A DNA stretch of 54,332 bases from Myxococcota bacterium (GTDB lineage Bacteria > Myxococcota_A > Bradymonadia > UBA7976 > UBA1532), in contig JAYZEG010000005.1 in NCBI GenBank assembly GCA_036337435.1, forward strand, positions 1 to 54,332, read 5' to 3'. Below, one piece after another: positions 31,601 through 40,749 of the stretch. The notes beneath the pieces were generated by a model that worked only from the letters and a program-made list of their open reading frames with translations, was not told the DNA's origin and searched no databases. Within the stretch, counting starts at the first letter, position 1. Each line of letters starts with the position of its first letter. Both the position numbers and the translations under genes were made by a program.

Positions 31601-31852
31601 TATACAGGTAATCGACGTACCATCTTCGATACAGCGAGTCCCATCGGGACACATGTTCACTTCACATGGCGAGTTGATTTGATTGGTGCGCCCGGCATCC
31701 GTCAGCGATCCACCGATGAATCGATCTGCGAGCGGGGGAGGAACGAAGGGGTCAGCATCCACATCAAAGCCTGATGAACCAGCGACCCGGTCGTCACAGC
31801 TTGCGAGTAGTAGGCTCACTAAAACCAAGGGATAGGACAATTTTTTTAGCAT
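28607..31852 (-). CDS. FG-GAP/VCBS-repeat beta-propeller lipoprotein with Cys-rich N-terminus and C-terminal CARDB-like domains
   Basis: Lipobox LASC, repeated D.DGDG.PE motifs, DFNGDGAAEV, WNQHSYHVTN, two PDLVV...EC.E.NN-type modules. Confidence 0.85.
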   Translation of the reverse strand: MLKKLSYPLVLVSLLLASCDDRVAGSSGFDVDADPFVPPPLADRFIGGSLTDAGRTNQINSPCEVNMCPDGTRCIEDGTSITCIPLTCSELDCRDFELCVEDDAGALCQDLRCTTDLDCADDQYCDEQCQPDSCRPGSSRCDGNRVVQCADNGSGETQQYICGLEQHGFPSECRLFPDGSAGCTCGDDWDCPQFMRCSAGRCLGQPIAPSCSLPPAPIEDALPAPEIIWGGGASDPIAADRPFGASSQVVITPLVGNLDDDNGDGQITEQDIPELIFLSFCDSNFTTNGALRIVHGGGQLKGMDAISVLGDYRWQLGDVLPAPGDYRCQDGILDPTAPIAFGDLDPASATDGRPEIIANHENGGLVLFDHMGNQLDIAFNRELNQGPNPAPMIVNLDGEGFSEIVIGRSVITVYRDAMGVLRFGDRFEGNGARGRNPSQGALGCVADVLGVGQPQIIAGSSVYRWPAPPVGAERRADCINNGGAIAPTNDDEDAFCRGQLVVEWRGNQVNDNDAANEGYCAVADIYGADQDQPPGPDNPLDGRPELILVAGGQIQIFNGQTGRLLSSHRMNLGGGGGAPNVDDFDGDGFPEVGSAFESGYGMLDLQSDSPSCRAWPDLLNDDEQSDTPRDHGSNSCVRDADCRSPDTVCNQAAGQCVCLHNGWKRRTEDDSSRVTGSTLFDFNGDGAAEVIYNDECWFRIYDGLSGAVLLKEPSESRTRVEYPVVADVDNDGNAEIVFSTSTESGFCSERNENSGDPDNPRWRDRYNSGIEVWGDPNDRWVSARRIWNQHSYHVTNVYESGRIPVVAPEGWQVLNGRSYNTYRSQPRSRGIAPDLVVTELQVNAPGDGCSALSSIAQIDLLVTNQGDLRVGPNVLVEIDGIWDGQRQSLLKADGSPLTEALGRPLAPGQVTRLTLLYDAGADPNAPSGLPDQMIARVDSGGDPNFGQERECREDNNELQVEVIPPSRLPDLVVLRVDSMPAACPRSFFNVIIANRGAVDAEPFTIRAYAGNPEQGGTLLDETRAINGLVADGEAEFRMGADTFPFGGTIGLYIVLDEDDELDECRDGNNLFSAGQVRCILP

Positions 31853-32089
31853 AGGGTCTGGCCGCTGGATGGTTGATTGACCCAATGATACCTTAAGTGC
31901 CAGCCCAATGTATATTCGGCCCTGTCAGTTGGCTTGGTGCTTCGTCAAAGCTGTTGAAACGACGGTCTGTCTGGCACCGAACTCTTTGCTGGTGACGCCT
32001 GCATTGTTGATTTATCTGTTAAATGACTTAAAAACTTGGCATTTGGCATCGGAATAAACGGATTTTTCTAAGTCATCGTGGGTGAGCGC

Positions 32090-34648
32090 ATGAAGAGCAA
32101 GTTTGTCGTATTGAAGTTCGGTGGGACCAGCGTGGCGTCCGCTGAACGTTGGGCCTCCATCGCCGAGACAGCAAACCAACGCATTGAGGCTGGCTACACA
32201 CCTATTCTCGTGTGCTCCGCTCTCGCTGGCATCAGCAATCAATTGGACACGCTTCTAGACGCTGCCCTCGAGGACCGACATCGTCCAATTCTTGAACAAG
32301 TGATCGCTCAGCACAAGGCGTTGGCACTGAGTTTAGCAATTGACGTCGATTGGTTAGACGGGGCTTTGTCACCACTGCGTCGATTGGCGGACGGCGCGGC
32401 TCTGATCGGAGAGGCGACACCTCGAATGAAGGCCGCCGCCATGGCTATGGGTGAATTGCTGTCAACGCAGATCGGTGCTCGATTCATGTCTGCACAAGGC
32501 ATACCGGTGACATGGATCGATGCGCGCGATCATTTGGAAGCGGCGCCCAATCGGGGGGATGCAGCCTGGTTGTCCGCCCATTGTGATGACGGCTTTTGTG
32601 CCGCCACGCAGGATGCTTTTTCAAAACATGATTGTTTAATTACCCAAGGGTTTATCGCGAGAAACGAACACGGGGAGACGGTGCTCCTGGGTCGTGGCGG
32701 CTCTGACACGTCAGCGGCCCTTTTTGCTGCAAAACTCAACGCAGAGCGTTGCGAAATATGGACGGATGTTCCGGGTGTCTACACGGCAAACCCACGGGAC
32801 ATTCCAGATGCACGCATGTTGAAACTGCTCGGTTACGATGAAGCTCAAGAAATTGCATCGGCAGGGGCATCAGTTTTGCATCCACGCTGTCTAGCACCTG
32901 TACGGCGACATGGAATTCCTCTTCATGTGCGCTGTACCCAAAGACCTGACCTCGTCGGAACCATTATTGGGCCCAATGCTCCAGACACAGCAGAGGTTAA
33001 GGTGATCTCTGCCAGACGGGGGATTACTCTTGTCTCCATGGAGGCATTGGGCATGTGGCAGAGCGTCGGCTTTCTCGCCGACGTATTCACGTGCTTTAAA
33101 AAACACGGCATCAGCGTCGATTTGGTGAGTACCTCAGAGACCAATATCACCGCGTCCTTTGACCAAATTACCAACGTGATCGTGGAATCGACCTTAGACG
33201 CCTTGATTTCAGATCTAAGGTCCCATTGTCAGGTAAAGGTCGTCCGCGATTGCGCCTCAGTCAGTTTAGTCGGTCGTCATATTCGGGCCATTCTCCATCA
33301 ATTGGGTCCGGCTTTGCAGGTCTTTGAATCTCAGAAAATTCACATGTTGTCTCAAGCGGCTAGCGATTTAAATCTCACCTTCGTTGTCGATGCATCCCAG
33401 GCGGACCGCCTCGTTGGGAAATTACATGGTTTACTGTTCGGCGATGAGACGGCGTCTCCTCATTTGGGGCCGACATGGCGCGAGACATTTGATGATAAGA
33501 AGCACCTTGGAGTCGACGATACGCCATGGTGGTCCTCCCATCGCGACACGTTGCTTGCCCTATCCCAGACGTCCACACCGGCGTTTGTCTATCACCGCGC
33601 AAGTATTGACCGTGCTGCGTCATCGCTGCTTGTACTCGATGCCGTCAACCGCGTTTTTTATGCAGTCAAGGCGAATGATAATCCTGATATCCTCGCTCGT
33701 TTGGCGGACTCTGCAATGGGATTTGAATGCGTATCGGTCGGCGAGTTGGAGCATGTTTGGCGTTGCATCCCTGATCTTGACCCTCAGCGCGTTCTGTTTA
33801 CCCCCAACTTCGCACCTCGCTCCGAGTACGAGTATGCCCTAGCCAAGAATGTTTATGTCACCGTTGATTCCACCTTTCCGTTAGAGAACTGGCCTGAAAT
33901 TTTTGAAGGTCGTGACATCTTATTACGATTAGATCCAGGCCGGGGACGTGGTCATCACGCTTATGTGAGGACGGCTGGCCCTCAATCAAAGTTTGGCATT
34001 GCACCCGACGATTTACAGCAAGCTGCTGACGCTGTCGACGCTGCGGGGGCGAAGGTCATCGGTCTTCACGCCCATGCAGGATCTGGAATTCGGACGCCCG
34101 ATGCGTGGACCCATACCGCACACTTTTTGGTCGATGCACGTCGCTATTTTCCAGACGTACAGATCCTGGACCTTGGTGGTGGTCTGGGGGTCGTTGAAAG
34201 ACCAGGTCGGGCGCCGCTTGATCTGCAGAAAATGGGGGATTTGTTGGCACGCTTTAAAACCCTTCACCCGGAGCTTGAACTCTGGCTTGAGCCCGGTCGG
34301 TACGTGGTTGCCCAAGCCGGGGTTTTGTTGACGCGGGTTGTCCAAACAAAAAACAAAGGTGATGTTCATTATGTCGGCGTAGACGCTGGGATGCATACCT
34401 TCTTGCGGCCCGCGCTCTATGGAGCTTGGCATGAAATTGCCAATCTTTCGAAACACGGTGCACCGCTCGCTCGTGAGTATAATGTGGTGGGGCCGATTTG
34501 TGAGACAGGTGACACGCTCGGGTATGGACGGATTCTTCCTGAGACCTCCGCCGACGATATACTTTTGTTGGCCACTGCGGGTGCCTATGGGCGAACCATG
34601 AGTTCTGATTACAATCGCCGAGTGCGCGCAGCTGAACACTTGATTTAA
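32090..34648 (+). CDS. lysAC: Bifunctional aspartate kinase / diaminopimelate decarboxylase
   Basis: KFGGTSV, LGRGGSD, WTDVPG and ACT repeats, then YAVKAN (PLP lysine), HAGSG, EPGRY, GPICETGD and GAYG. Confidence 0.95.
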   Translation: MKSKFVVLKFGGTSVASAERWASIAETANQRIEAGYTPILVCSALAGISNQLDTLLDAALEDRHRPILEQVIAQHKALALSLAIDVDWLDGALSPLRRLADGAALIGEATPRMKAAAMAMGELLSTQIGARFMSAQGIPVTWIDARDHLEAAPNRGDAAWLSAHCDDGFCAATQDAFSKHDCLITQGFIARNEHGETVLLGRGGSDTSAALFAAKLNAERCEIWTDVPGVYTANPRDIPDARMLKLLGYDEAQEIASAGASVLHPRCLAPVRRHGIPLHVRCTQRPDLVGTIIGPNAPDTAEVKVISARRGITLVSMEALGMWQSVGFLADVFTCFKKHGISVDLVSTSETNITASFDQITNVIVESTLDALISDLRSHCQVKVVRDCASVSLVGRHIRAILHQLGPALQVFESQKIHMLSQAASDLNLTFVVDASQADRLVGKLHGLLFGDETASPHLGPTWRETFDDKKHLGVDDTPWWSSHRDTLLALSQTSTPAFVYHRASIDRAASSLLVLDAVNRVFYAVKANDNPDILARLADSAMGFECVSVGELEHVWRCIPDLDPQRVLFTPNFAPRSEYEYALAKNVYVTVDSTFPLENWPEIFEGRDILLRLDPGRGRGHHAYVRTAGPQSKFGIAPDDLQQAADAVDAAGAKVIGLHAHAGSGIRTPDAWTHTAHFLVDARRYFPDVQILDLGGGLGVVERPGRAPLDLQKMGDLLARFKTLHPELELWLEPGRYVVAQAGVLLTRVVQTKNKGDVHYVGVDAGMHTFLRPALYGAWHEIANLSKHGAPLAREYNVVGPICETGDTLGYGRILPETSADDILLLATAGAYGRTMSSDYNRRVRAAEHLI

Positions 34649-34719
34649 TGGTCACCGTGGTCGCTCTGCTGTTCTCTCATGAAGTCGGATTTGACCTTGA
34701 GCCACGAAACCACTAAGCA

Positions 34720-35772
34720 ATGGCCATGAATCTTGATCTAAAACGACCGGCTACACCCAACGTAGGCCGCTGGCTTCTCGTTGTCTTTGGCTCCATTGCC
34801 GTCATGGTCATCATCGGTGGACTCACTCGCCTGACTCAGTCTGGTCTGTCGATGGTCACATGGCGACCTGTCACAGGATGGCTGCCACCACTTGGCGATG
34901 CAGCTTGGGACGCCGCCTTCGAACAATACAAAGCCTTTCCCCAATACCAAAAAATGAACCAGGCGATGACGCTTCCCGAATTCAAGTTCATCTTCTTTTG
35001 GGAATATTTACACCGCTTGTGGGGTCGCATCATCGGCCTACTGTTCTTTGTCCCGTGGGTTTATTTTGCGATCCGCGGGCGCATGACGCGGCGTTTTATG
35101 GGCCTGACATTCATTGGATTCTGCCTGGGAGGTCTCCAAGGCGCTGTGGGCTGGTGGATGGTCAAAAGTGGTCTGATCGATAACCCAGCTGTGAGTCACT
35201 ATCGCCTTGCGGTCCATCTCGGACTTGCGTTGACCTGTGCCATGTACGTTCTTTGGCTGGCACTGAACGTGTTCCCGGGAGATGCACGTCAAAGAGATAG
35301 AGGGGGTCAACGGTGGACCATCGCGTTTCTTGTTTTGGTCTCGGTCCAGATCATCTACGGCGCATTCATGGCTGGCACGAAGGCAGGCTACATGTATCAG
35401 AGTTTTCCTTTGTTCAACGGCCAGTTTTTTCCGCAAAACGGCTACATAGCGAGCATGGGAGCAGCCAATTTAGTCGAGAACCTCGATATGCTTAACTTCG
35501 TGCATCGGACACTGGGCTGGGGCGTTGCTTTTTTCGGCATCTATCTGACTGTCAAGTTGATGCGCAGTGTGAAAACGCCTCATCAGAGGCGCCGACTTTT
35601 GTGGATCCGAGGTCTCGTGGCTGCGCAATTTGCCCTTGGCGTCAGCGTCGTCCTGGTTCCCGGTGTGCCACCGCTACTCGGTGCAGCCCACCAAATCGGT
35701 GCATTTGCCCTCTTAGCCACCACAGTCGCACTCCTCCATAGCTATCGCGGTGTGGAATCACGAACGGCCTGA
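34720..35772 (+). CDS. ctaA: Heme A synthase (COX15/CtaA)
   Basis: GGLTRLTQSGLSM, FFWEYLHR, VSHYRLAVHL, FVHR and HQ heme-ligand histidines, multiple TM helices. Confidence 0.93.
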   Translation: MAMNLDLKRPATPNVGRWLLVVFGSIAVMVIIGGLTRLTQSGLSMVTWRPVTGWLPPLGDAAWDAAFEQYKAFPQYQKMNQAMTLPEFKFIFFWEYLHRLWGRIIGLLFFVPWVYFAIRGRMTRRFMGLTFIGFCLGGLQGAVGWWMVKSGLIDNPAVSHYRLAVHLGLALTCAMYVLWLALNVFPGDARQRDRGGQRWTIAFLVLVSVQIIYGAFMAGTKAGYMYQSFPLFNGQFFPQNGYIASMGAANLVENLDMLNFVHRTLGWGVAFFGIYLTVKLMRSVKTPHQRRRLLWIRGLVAAQFALGVSVVLVPGVPPLLGAAHQIGAFALLATTVALLHSYRGVESRTA

Positions 35773-36627
35773 TTGTGCATTAAGCTGGGCACAGCGGCCG
35801 AGAATGTCAGCAATCCGCTTGGGTTCTTCCAAGAGCGGAAAGTGGGTTCCCTCAAAATGTTGTAGCGACGCGTTCTGTAACTTTGAAAACGCGGGTGTGA
35901 TTTGCCTCGCTGGAGTCAGGCGGTCCTGACTGCCCACAGTCATGATCACGGGGACATCAATGGTATGAAGCCAATTTTCCGTTGCATGGTCATCAGCGGC
36001 GCAGGCCACTTTCAAGTAGGTTGATAAATCGAGTTCGAGAATCTCTTGGGCCATGTCTTGAAACTGCTTATGACCACCTCGAACAAAACCAATTTTATCG
36101 AAGAATGTTCGCGATATGGGTCGCTTTAAGACCTCACGCAGGGGCGGTTTGTAGAGTGCAGCCAGTCGGGGCTCATAGTCCGCAAACAGGCTTACGAGGT
36201 GCTTGCCTAAACCCGCGAGTCGACCATCGAAAACACGGCTCATGAGCCGTCCATGAACGCCATGAATGAGAGCCATTGCCCCGACCTGCCGGCTATGCTG
36301 TCGATAGGCTTGGAGCGCGACTTGCACACCGAGGCTCCAACCAGCGAGAGCGAAACTTTCAAGGCCGAGGTGGTCGACGATGGCACCAAGATCGCCATAG
36401 TGATCAGCAATGGTCGGGTGGGACGAGCCGTGTTCAGAGCCATGTTGAGCCCTGTAGTCCCAGGTAATGATTTTGCAGTGCGTAGGGAGATGCTTAAATA
36501 CCGATGTCCAGACGTCCACAGTCGCACCGTGGCCATTGGCCATGACGATGACATTTGGTCCTTCACCAATGACATGGTAGCGAAGCCGAGTTCCATCAAA
36601 GCTGTTTAAATCGTACGAGTTAATCAA
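35758..36627 (-). CDS. Alpha/beta fold hydrolase
   Basis: WDYRAQH, GWSLG nucleophile, GSQD and GTH catalytic Asp/His region. Confidence 0.88.
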   Translation of the reverse strand: MINSYDLNSFDGTRLRYHVIGEGPNVIVMANGHGATVDVWTSVFKHLPTHCKIITWDYRAQHGSEHGSSHPTIADHYGDLGAIVDHLGLESFALAGWSLGVQVALQAYRQHSRQVGAMALIHGVHGRLMSRVFDGRLAGLGKHLVSLFADYEPRLAALYKPPLREVLKRPISRTFFDKIGFVRGGHKQFQDMAQEILELDLSTYLKVACAADDHATENWLHTIDVPVIMTVGSQDRLTPARQITPAFSKLQNASLQHFEGTHFPLLEEPKRIADILGRCAQLNAQSGRS

Positions 36628-36815
36628 CTCATCCCCAGTTTAAGAATCCATCGCACCATAAACACTGCCCCCTATTGTATCGTGTTCTTCATTAAGTGAG
36701 AATACTCAGTTACGAGAGTCCGGGTCTGAGTCCAAAGCCATTAAGGCGAAAGACGCCTCGTCTAGGGGTCAGTCCTGTGCGTGATTTGGGTCGCTTGCCT
36801 GCGGTCACGCATCCG

Positions 36816-38357
36816 TTACATGCCACCCAGGTCATGATTCATGAGAACACTGAGTTGGTACCCCGAAAAAGATGGATAGATCCGGCAAACGCCCCCCACG
36901 CATTTCAGTCCGCCCCGCTGGCTGCCCACTGTACTTTTGATGATCATGGATTCAGTCGCATTCCAACTCAAAATACCGGCATAAAACTGCTGTCGAGCCC
37001 CGTCTCGTGTGTCTTGATTGTCTAACCCATGTTCGAATGTGACGCTACCCAAGCCCGCTTTTTGAATGCCAAAAAAGCTGCTTCCACGTTCATAGGATGT
37101 GCCTTCCAATGTACGGAATTCGTAGAAGGCTGCCAGCTGCAGTGAGTACCCGTTGGTAATAAACTGAATGTAATCAATTTCCGCGTGATACATGTCTTTG
37201 ATATCTCGCGTCGTCGGTCCCCCGGTTGCGTTTTCATCGCGATAGCCACCACTCAAAGCATACCGTGAACGGCCGGAATCAAATTCACCCTTAAGGCCGC
37301 TGTATCCATGGACTTGAGTGACTTCGCTGAGGTCATCCGGATCGATGATTTTGTACATGCCATTAACATAAACCACGAAATCACCATCCAAGAATGATTG
37401 TTCTAGACGTATTCGGGCTGCATATTCATTTTCGCCCTTTGATGTCTCTTGATCGATTCGATCGAGTGTAGGTGCCTGGTTGTAGCGAACGGGTTCATCG
37501 TAACGATTGACCGAGCCGTACTGACGGAATTGGTCCAAATAGATGGCCTCTACGACCAGACTGGTATCACCGATAAAGAAATCGACTGCACCATAGGCTG
37601 CTTTTCCCTCGGTTACCTGATCGAATTCACGTGTTTGTTGGATGTCTGCTTCCAAATAGAGAGAGCCGTAGTCACCCAGTGCAGGAAACTCAATGTACGC
37701 GCCCAGATTACTGCTTCCATCGTCCATTTCACTCAACGCTGAAGACGCCTGATTTTTTCGATAGAGGTAATGGGTACCCAGCGTCGTACGCAACGATCCC
37801 AACTTCAAATTCCGAAGTGCATACCACCCACCGGCTAAGATATCTTCGGGATCCTCGACAAAGCGTTGGTTGAGTATGTCGATGTTGACAATATTGGCTC
37901 TGCCAGCAAAGACGCCAGCGGCTTGGCGATTTGAACTGTAGGCAACCTCGCCTCCCCGTAACAGGACATCGAGCCCAGCTTCGTCAACCTTTCTCAGATT
38001 TAACACGATGCCGCGCCCCAGTTGACGATAGATATCGCCAACTTTGATGGTCCAATCGCTCAGCCGATACTGGACTTTGAGGCGCTCGACGCGTGCGTCA
38101 TTTTCATGCCATGGCTGATCAGTATCCCAAAAAAACATACTGTCCAACCGCAGAGATGTCGCGATCGGTCCACTATTTCCATTGAGATTGAGTCGGTTTA
38201 TGACGGATCCGTAATTGTCATCCCGTGGGTCCAAATTCTCATTGTCGGTTCGGAACTCTGTAACCGTGGTATTTGTCAGCCTAACTGATGCAGGCCTCGC
38301 TCCGACAACTTGAACCAAAGCTACGACTAGACAGGTTGCGATACTAATAGACTTCAA
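36816..38357 (-). CDS. Predicted outer-membrane beta-barrel protein, DUF6029-like
   Basis: Signal peptide, amphipathic beta-strand pattern, GDIYRQLGRGIVL and C-terminal QRGGLKCVGGVCRIYP motifs recalled from the DUF6029 family. TTG start uncertain. Confidence 0.7.
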   Translation of the reverse strand: MKSISIATCLVVALVQVVGARPASVRLTNTTVTEFRTDNENLDPRDDNYGSVINRLNLNGNSGPIATSLRLDSMFFWDTDQPWHENDARVERLKVQYRLSDWTIKVGDIYRQLGRGIVLNLRKVDEAGLDVLLRGGEVAYSSNRQAAGVFAGRANIVNIDILNQRFVEDPEDILAGGWYALRNLKLGSLRTTLGTHYLYRKNQASSALSEMDDGSSNLGAYIEFPALGDYGSLYLEADIQQTREFDQVTEGKAAYGAVDFFIGDTSLVVEAIYLDQFRQYGSVNRYDEPVRYNQAPTLDRIDQETSKGENEYAARIRLEQSFLDGDFVVYVNGMYKIIDPDDLSEVTQVHGYSGLKGEFDSGRSRYALSGGYRDENATGGPTTRDIKDMYHAEIDYIQFITNGYSLQLAAFYEFRTLEGTSYERGSSFFGIQKAGLGSVTFEHGLDNQDTRDGARQQFYAGILSWNATESMIIKSTVGSQRGGLKCVGGVCRIYPSFSGYQLSVLMNHDLGGM

Positions 38358-38405
38358 AATGAAATGCTTTCATCGGTTCAGGAGGATTCAGACCATCGAA
38401 AGCCA

Positions 38406-38921
38406 TTATTTCTTAGTTGTGTTTGGTTCCGCAATCAATGTTTTGATCAAAGCTTCTATTTTGGATTCATCTCCGCTGACAAATCCCTGGTGAGTCGATG
38501 CGATGCGACCCTGTTTGTCGACATAAACCGAATATGGCAAGTCGCCGCGCGGATTGTACTCGCTCATCACTGACCCTTGTTGATCAAGCAGAACCGGCAT
38601 TTTTAGCTTTTTTTGGCGAACAATCTTACGAACAGCGGCGATGGTGTTAGAGTCATCTGTGCTGATAGCCAGTACGGTAAATTGACCGTCGAGCTTCTTG
38701 GACAACTTTTGCAGAAAACCGAGTTCCTGGATGCAAGGCTTGCACCATGATGCCCAAAAACTCAGTACCACGACTTTTCCTTTTGCTTGCTCAAATTTAA
38801 ATTGTTCCCCCTGCGCGGTCATGAGTGAAAAATTCGAGACTTGGGCGCGGTCTTTTGAGGGTTCAGCAGCGGTTGCTGGTAGACACCAGATGAGCCCAGC
38901 GACGATGATAAGAAGGCGCAT
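38406..38921 (-). CDS. TlpA-family thiol:disulfide oxidoreductase, exported
   Basis: Signal peptide, FWASWCKPC, LP cis-Pro region, AGGAG RBS. Confidence 0.9.
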   Translation of the reverse strand: MRLLIIVAGLIWCLPATAAEPSKDRAQVSNFSLMTAQGEQFKFEQAKGKVVVLSFWASWCKPCIQELGFLQKLSKKLDGQFTVLAISTDDSNTIAAVRKIVRQKKLKMPVLLDQQGSVMSEYNPRGDLPYSVYVDKQGRIASTHQGFVSGDESKIEALIKTLIAEPNTTKK

Positions 38922-38932
38922 GTCAAACTCTC

Positions 38933-39580
38933 CTACAAATTATTGGTAATCAACGCACGGACGGCAGACTCTTGGAAGCCAACCATGGTATCAAGAATCG
39001 TCATGGTATCGACATCGATGACCAAAATGATCGGTGTCGAACTCGAGTCGCCGTTTGGATAGAATGGCCGCATAATGAACTCGGGGTCAGCGACGACATC
39101 GAAATCCAATTCATATCGAGCTTTCCATGCACGAGCTAGCCGGGCATCGGCCGGCGTATAATCCTGCTTTTCAAACAGGACGACGAGAACTGACAAGCCT
39201 TGCTCGTGATATTCACCATGGAGTTGCTGCAACTTTGGTTGTTCTTCAATGCAGGCAGTGCACCATCCGGCTGAGGTTGTCAGTAAAAGGACCTTACGAG
39301 TTGGGTCAGCGTAGATTTGACCCAAATTCATTTCGCTTCCATCGCCATCAACGAACGAAAGCGGTGCGATGACCGCGCCTGGGCCGGTACCGAATCCAGG
39401 GTACCTTGACCGGTCAGACAGTTCGTCACAGGAGCCGCCATCCGCTTCGCAATGACTTTGGGGGCGATTGTTCGGTGTCTCTAAACAACCGAAAACCAAC
39501 ACGGTATGGCAAAGTACAAGACTGCGAAGCAAGACGCGAACCAGCTCGCGTCTTCTCACAATACTCAGGGGTGACACCAT
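38933..39580 (-). CDS. Redoxin/TlpA-like lipoprotein
   Basis: Lipobox VFGC, SAGWCTAC, VVADP, TP cis-Pro region. Confidence 0.85.
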   Translation of the reverse strand: MVSPLSIVRRRELVRVLLRSLVLCHTVLVFGCLETPNNRPQSHCEADGGSCDELSDRSRYPGFGTGPGAVIAPLSFVDGDGSEMNLGQIYADPTRKVLLLTTSAGWCTACIEEQPKLQQLHGEYHEQGLSVLVVLFEKQDYTPADARLARAWKARYELDFDVVADPEFIMRPFYPNGDSSSTPIILVIDVDTMTILDTMVGFQESAVRALITNNL

Positions 39581-39678
39581 CTTATGGATTCCTTCCTCGA
39601 CTGGAACGCCATATGCTCAATACGTCCCGTATCAAAGATTATTCTGTCAAACGATGAATCTGTGTTTTTCCTGATCCG

Positions 39679-40749
39679 CTACAGCGGGGTGTAGCCGACC
39701 CAGGTCAAACAAGTCAGCACGGTTCCTTCATCGCTCTCGATATGCATGCCATCCTCACTCACAGTCCCAGTCCCTACGGACTCCCACGCGCCCTCAGCGA
39801 CATGCTCGCCGTTTCGTTCACAGCCTAGGCCACCCAGAATCGAGATGTCGACCTTTGAATTTGGTGCCAGCTCTGTCTCGTTGGGAAAGCGCACGGTGGC
39901 TTCGCCGTAGATGGTTGAGTCGGGGGTGAAAGCGTATAGACGTGCCGGTGGAGTCTGGCCTTCCAAAAAGCAGAGTCCGCGCTCGTCAACGCCTACTGTT
40001 CTCATACCGAGCTCTTCGTATGGGCTCACCAAGTCAAAGGGAGTCAAGTCAAGTTGGACACCGTTTTGGAATGTGATGCGTCTGCTCATCATCTCATCAC
40101 CCAGCTCTGGGAGATCCGCTGGCGGGAGTCCAGCATACAGCACGTATGGTGTCTCCATGATAATTCGCGTCGAGTCCGCTGCCATGTCTAACGGTGCGTT
40201 GCAATACATAGGTGCGCGGCCACTGCCCGGTTTGATGACCCGAAATGCAGCTTTGGTCAGGCACTGGTCTCCTTGGGCAATCGAGAGGTTGAACACACCA
40301 TCTTCCCCCGAGTCTTCCGGCGGCAAACATTGGGTCGTCCCCCCGTCGGAGACCACGCACAGCTGTGCCTTCGCACCAGAGATGGGTCGGCCGATCCGGT
40401 CGACAATCCAACCACGGATAACCGACACCGATGTGCCATTGCACCCGGCAGCGGGCCCTGGATCAGGGTCTGAGAATTCAGCTGTCAGGGCCGCAGGCGG
40501 TGCGTATGGTTGAGGTTCGCCTTCATCTGGATCAACCGGAGAGGGTCCAGAGCCTCCGCCCGGGTCGGACCCATCGGCCTCGTTAATGCCCGAGTCTAAT
40601 GGCGCTGGTGCGCTGCCAGAATCGGCTGGTGTACCGCCGCCGTCAACCATGTTCTGAGGGGTGGTGCCACCAGTGTCGGTGCCTCCATCATCGGACCCGC
40701 AGCCGATGGTCAAAAGTCCTACAGCGAGAATTAAAATTATTGATCTCAT
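39679..40749 (-). CDS. Lipoprotein with carboxypeptidase-regulatory-like (CarboxypepD_reg) Ig fold
   Basis: Lipobox TIGC, G.IVD..GRPISGA.....DG.F motif. 4-nt ATGA overlap with the upstream gene. Confidence 0.7.
   Translation of the reverse strand: MRSIILILAVGLLTIGCGSDDGGTDTGGTTPQNMVDGGGTPADSGSAPAPLDSGINEADGSDPGGGSGPSPVDPDEGEPQPYAPPAALTAEFSDPDPGPAAGCNGTSVSVIRGWIVDRIGRPISGAKAQLCVVSDGGTTQCLPPEDSGEDGVFNLSIAQGDQCLTKAAFRVIKPGSGRAPMYCNAPLDMAADSTRIIMETPYVLYAGLPPADLPELGDEMMSRRITFQNGVQLDLTPFDLVSPYEELGMRTVGVDERGLCFLEGQTPPARLYAFTPDSTIYGEATVRFPNETELAPNSKVDISILGGLGCERNGEHVAEGAWESVGTGTVSEDGMHIESDEGTVLTCLTWVGYTPL

Noticed and set aside
31972..31990. Sigma54 promoter-like TGGCAC...TTGC
   Set aside because: Spacing is 8 nt instead of the required 5.
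31853..32089. Lysine riboswitch upstream of lysAC
   Set aside because: Some inverted repeats exist (GTGCCAG/CTGGCAC, ATGACTTA/TAAGTCAT), but the conserved L-box elements are not recognisable.
36664..36760. Cobalamin or c-di-GMP riboswitch, or hammerhead ribozyme, identity for the structured spacer
   Set aside because: Only fragments match (CTGCCCCC, CTGA..GAAA). The B12 box, GEMM tetraloop/receptor and CUGANGA core are missing.
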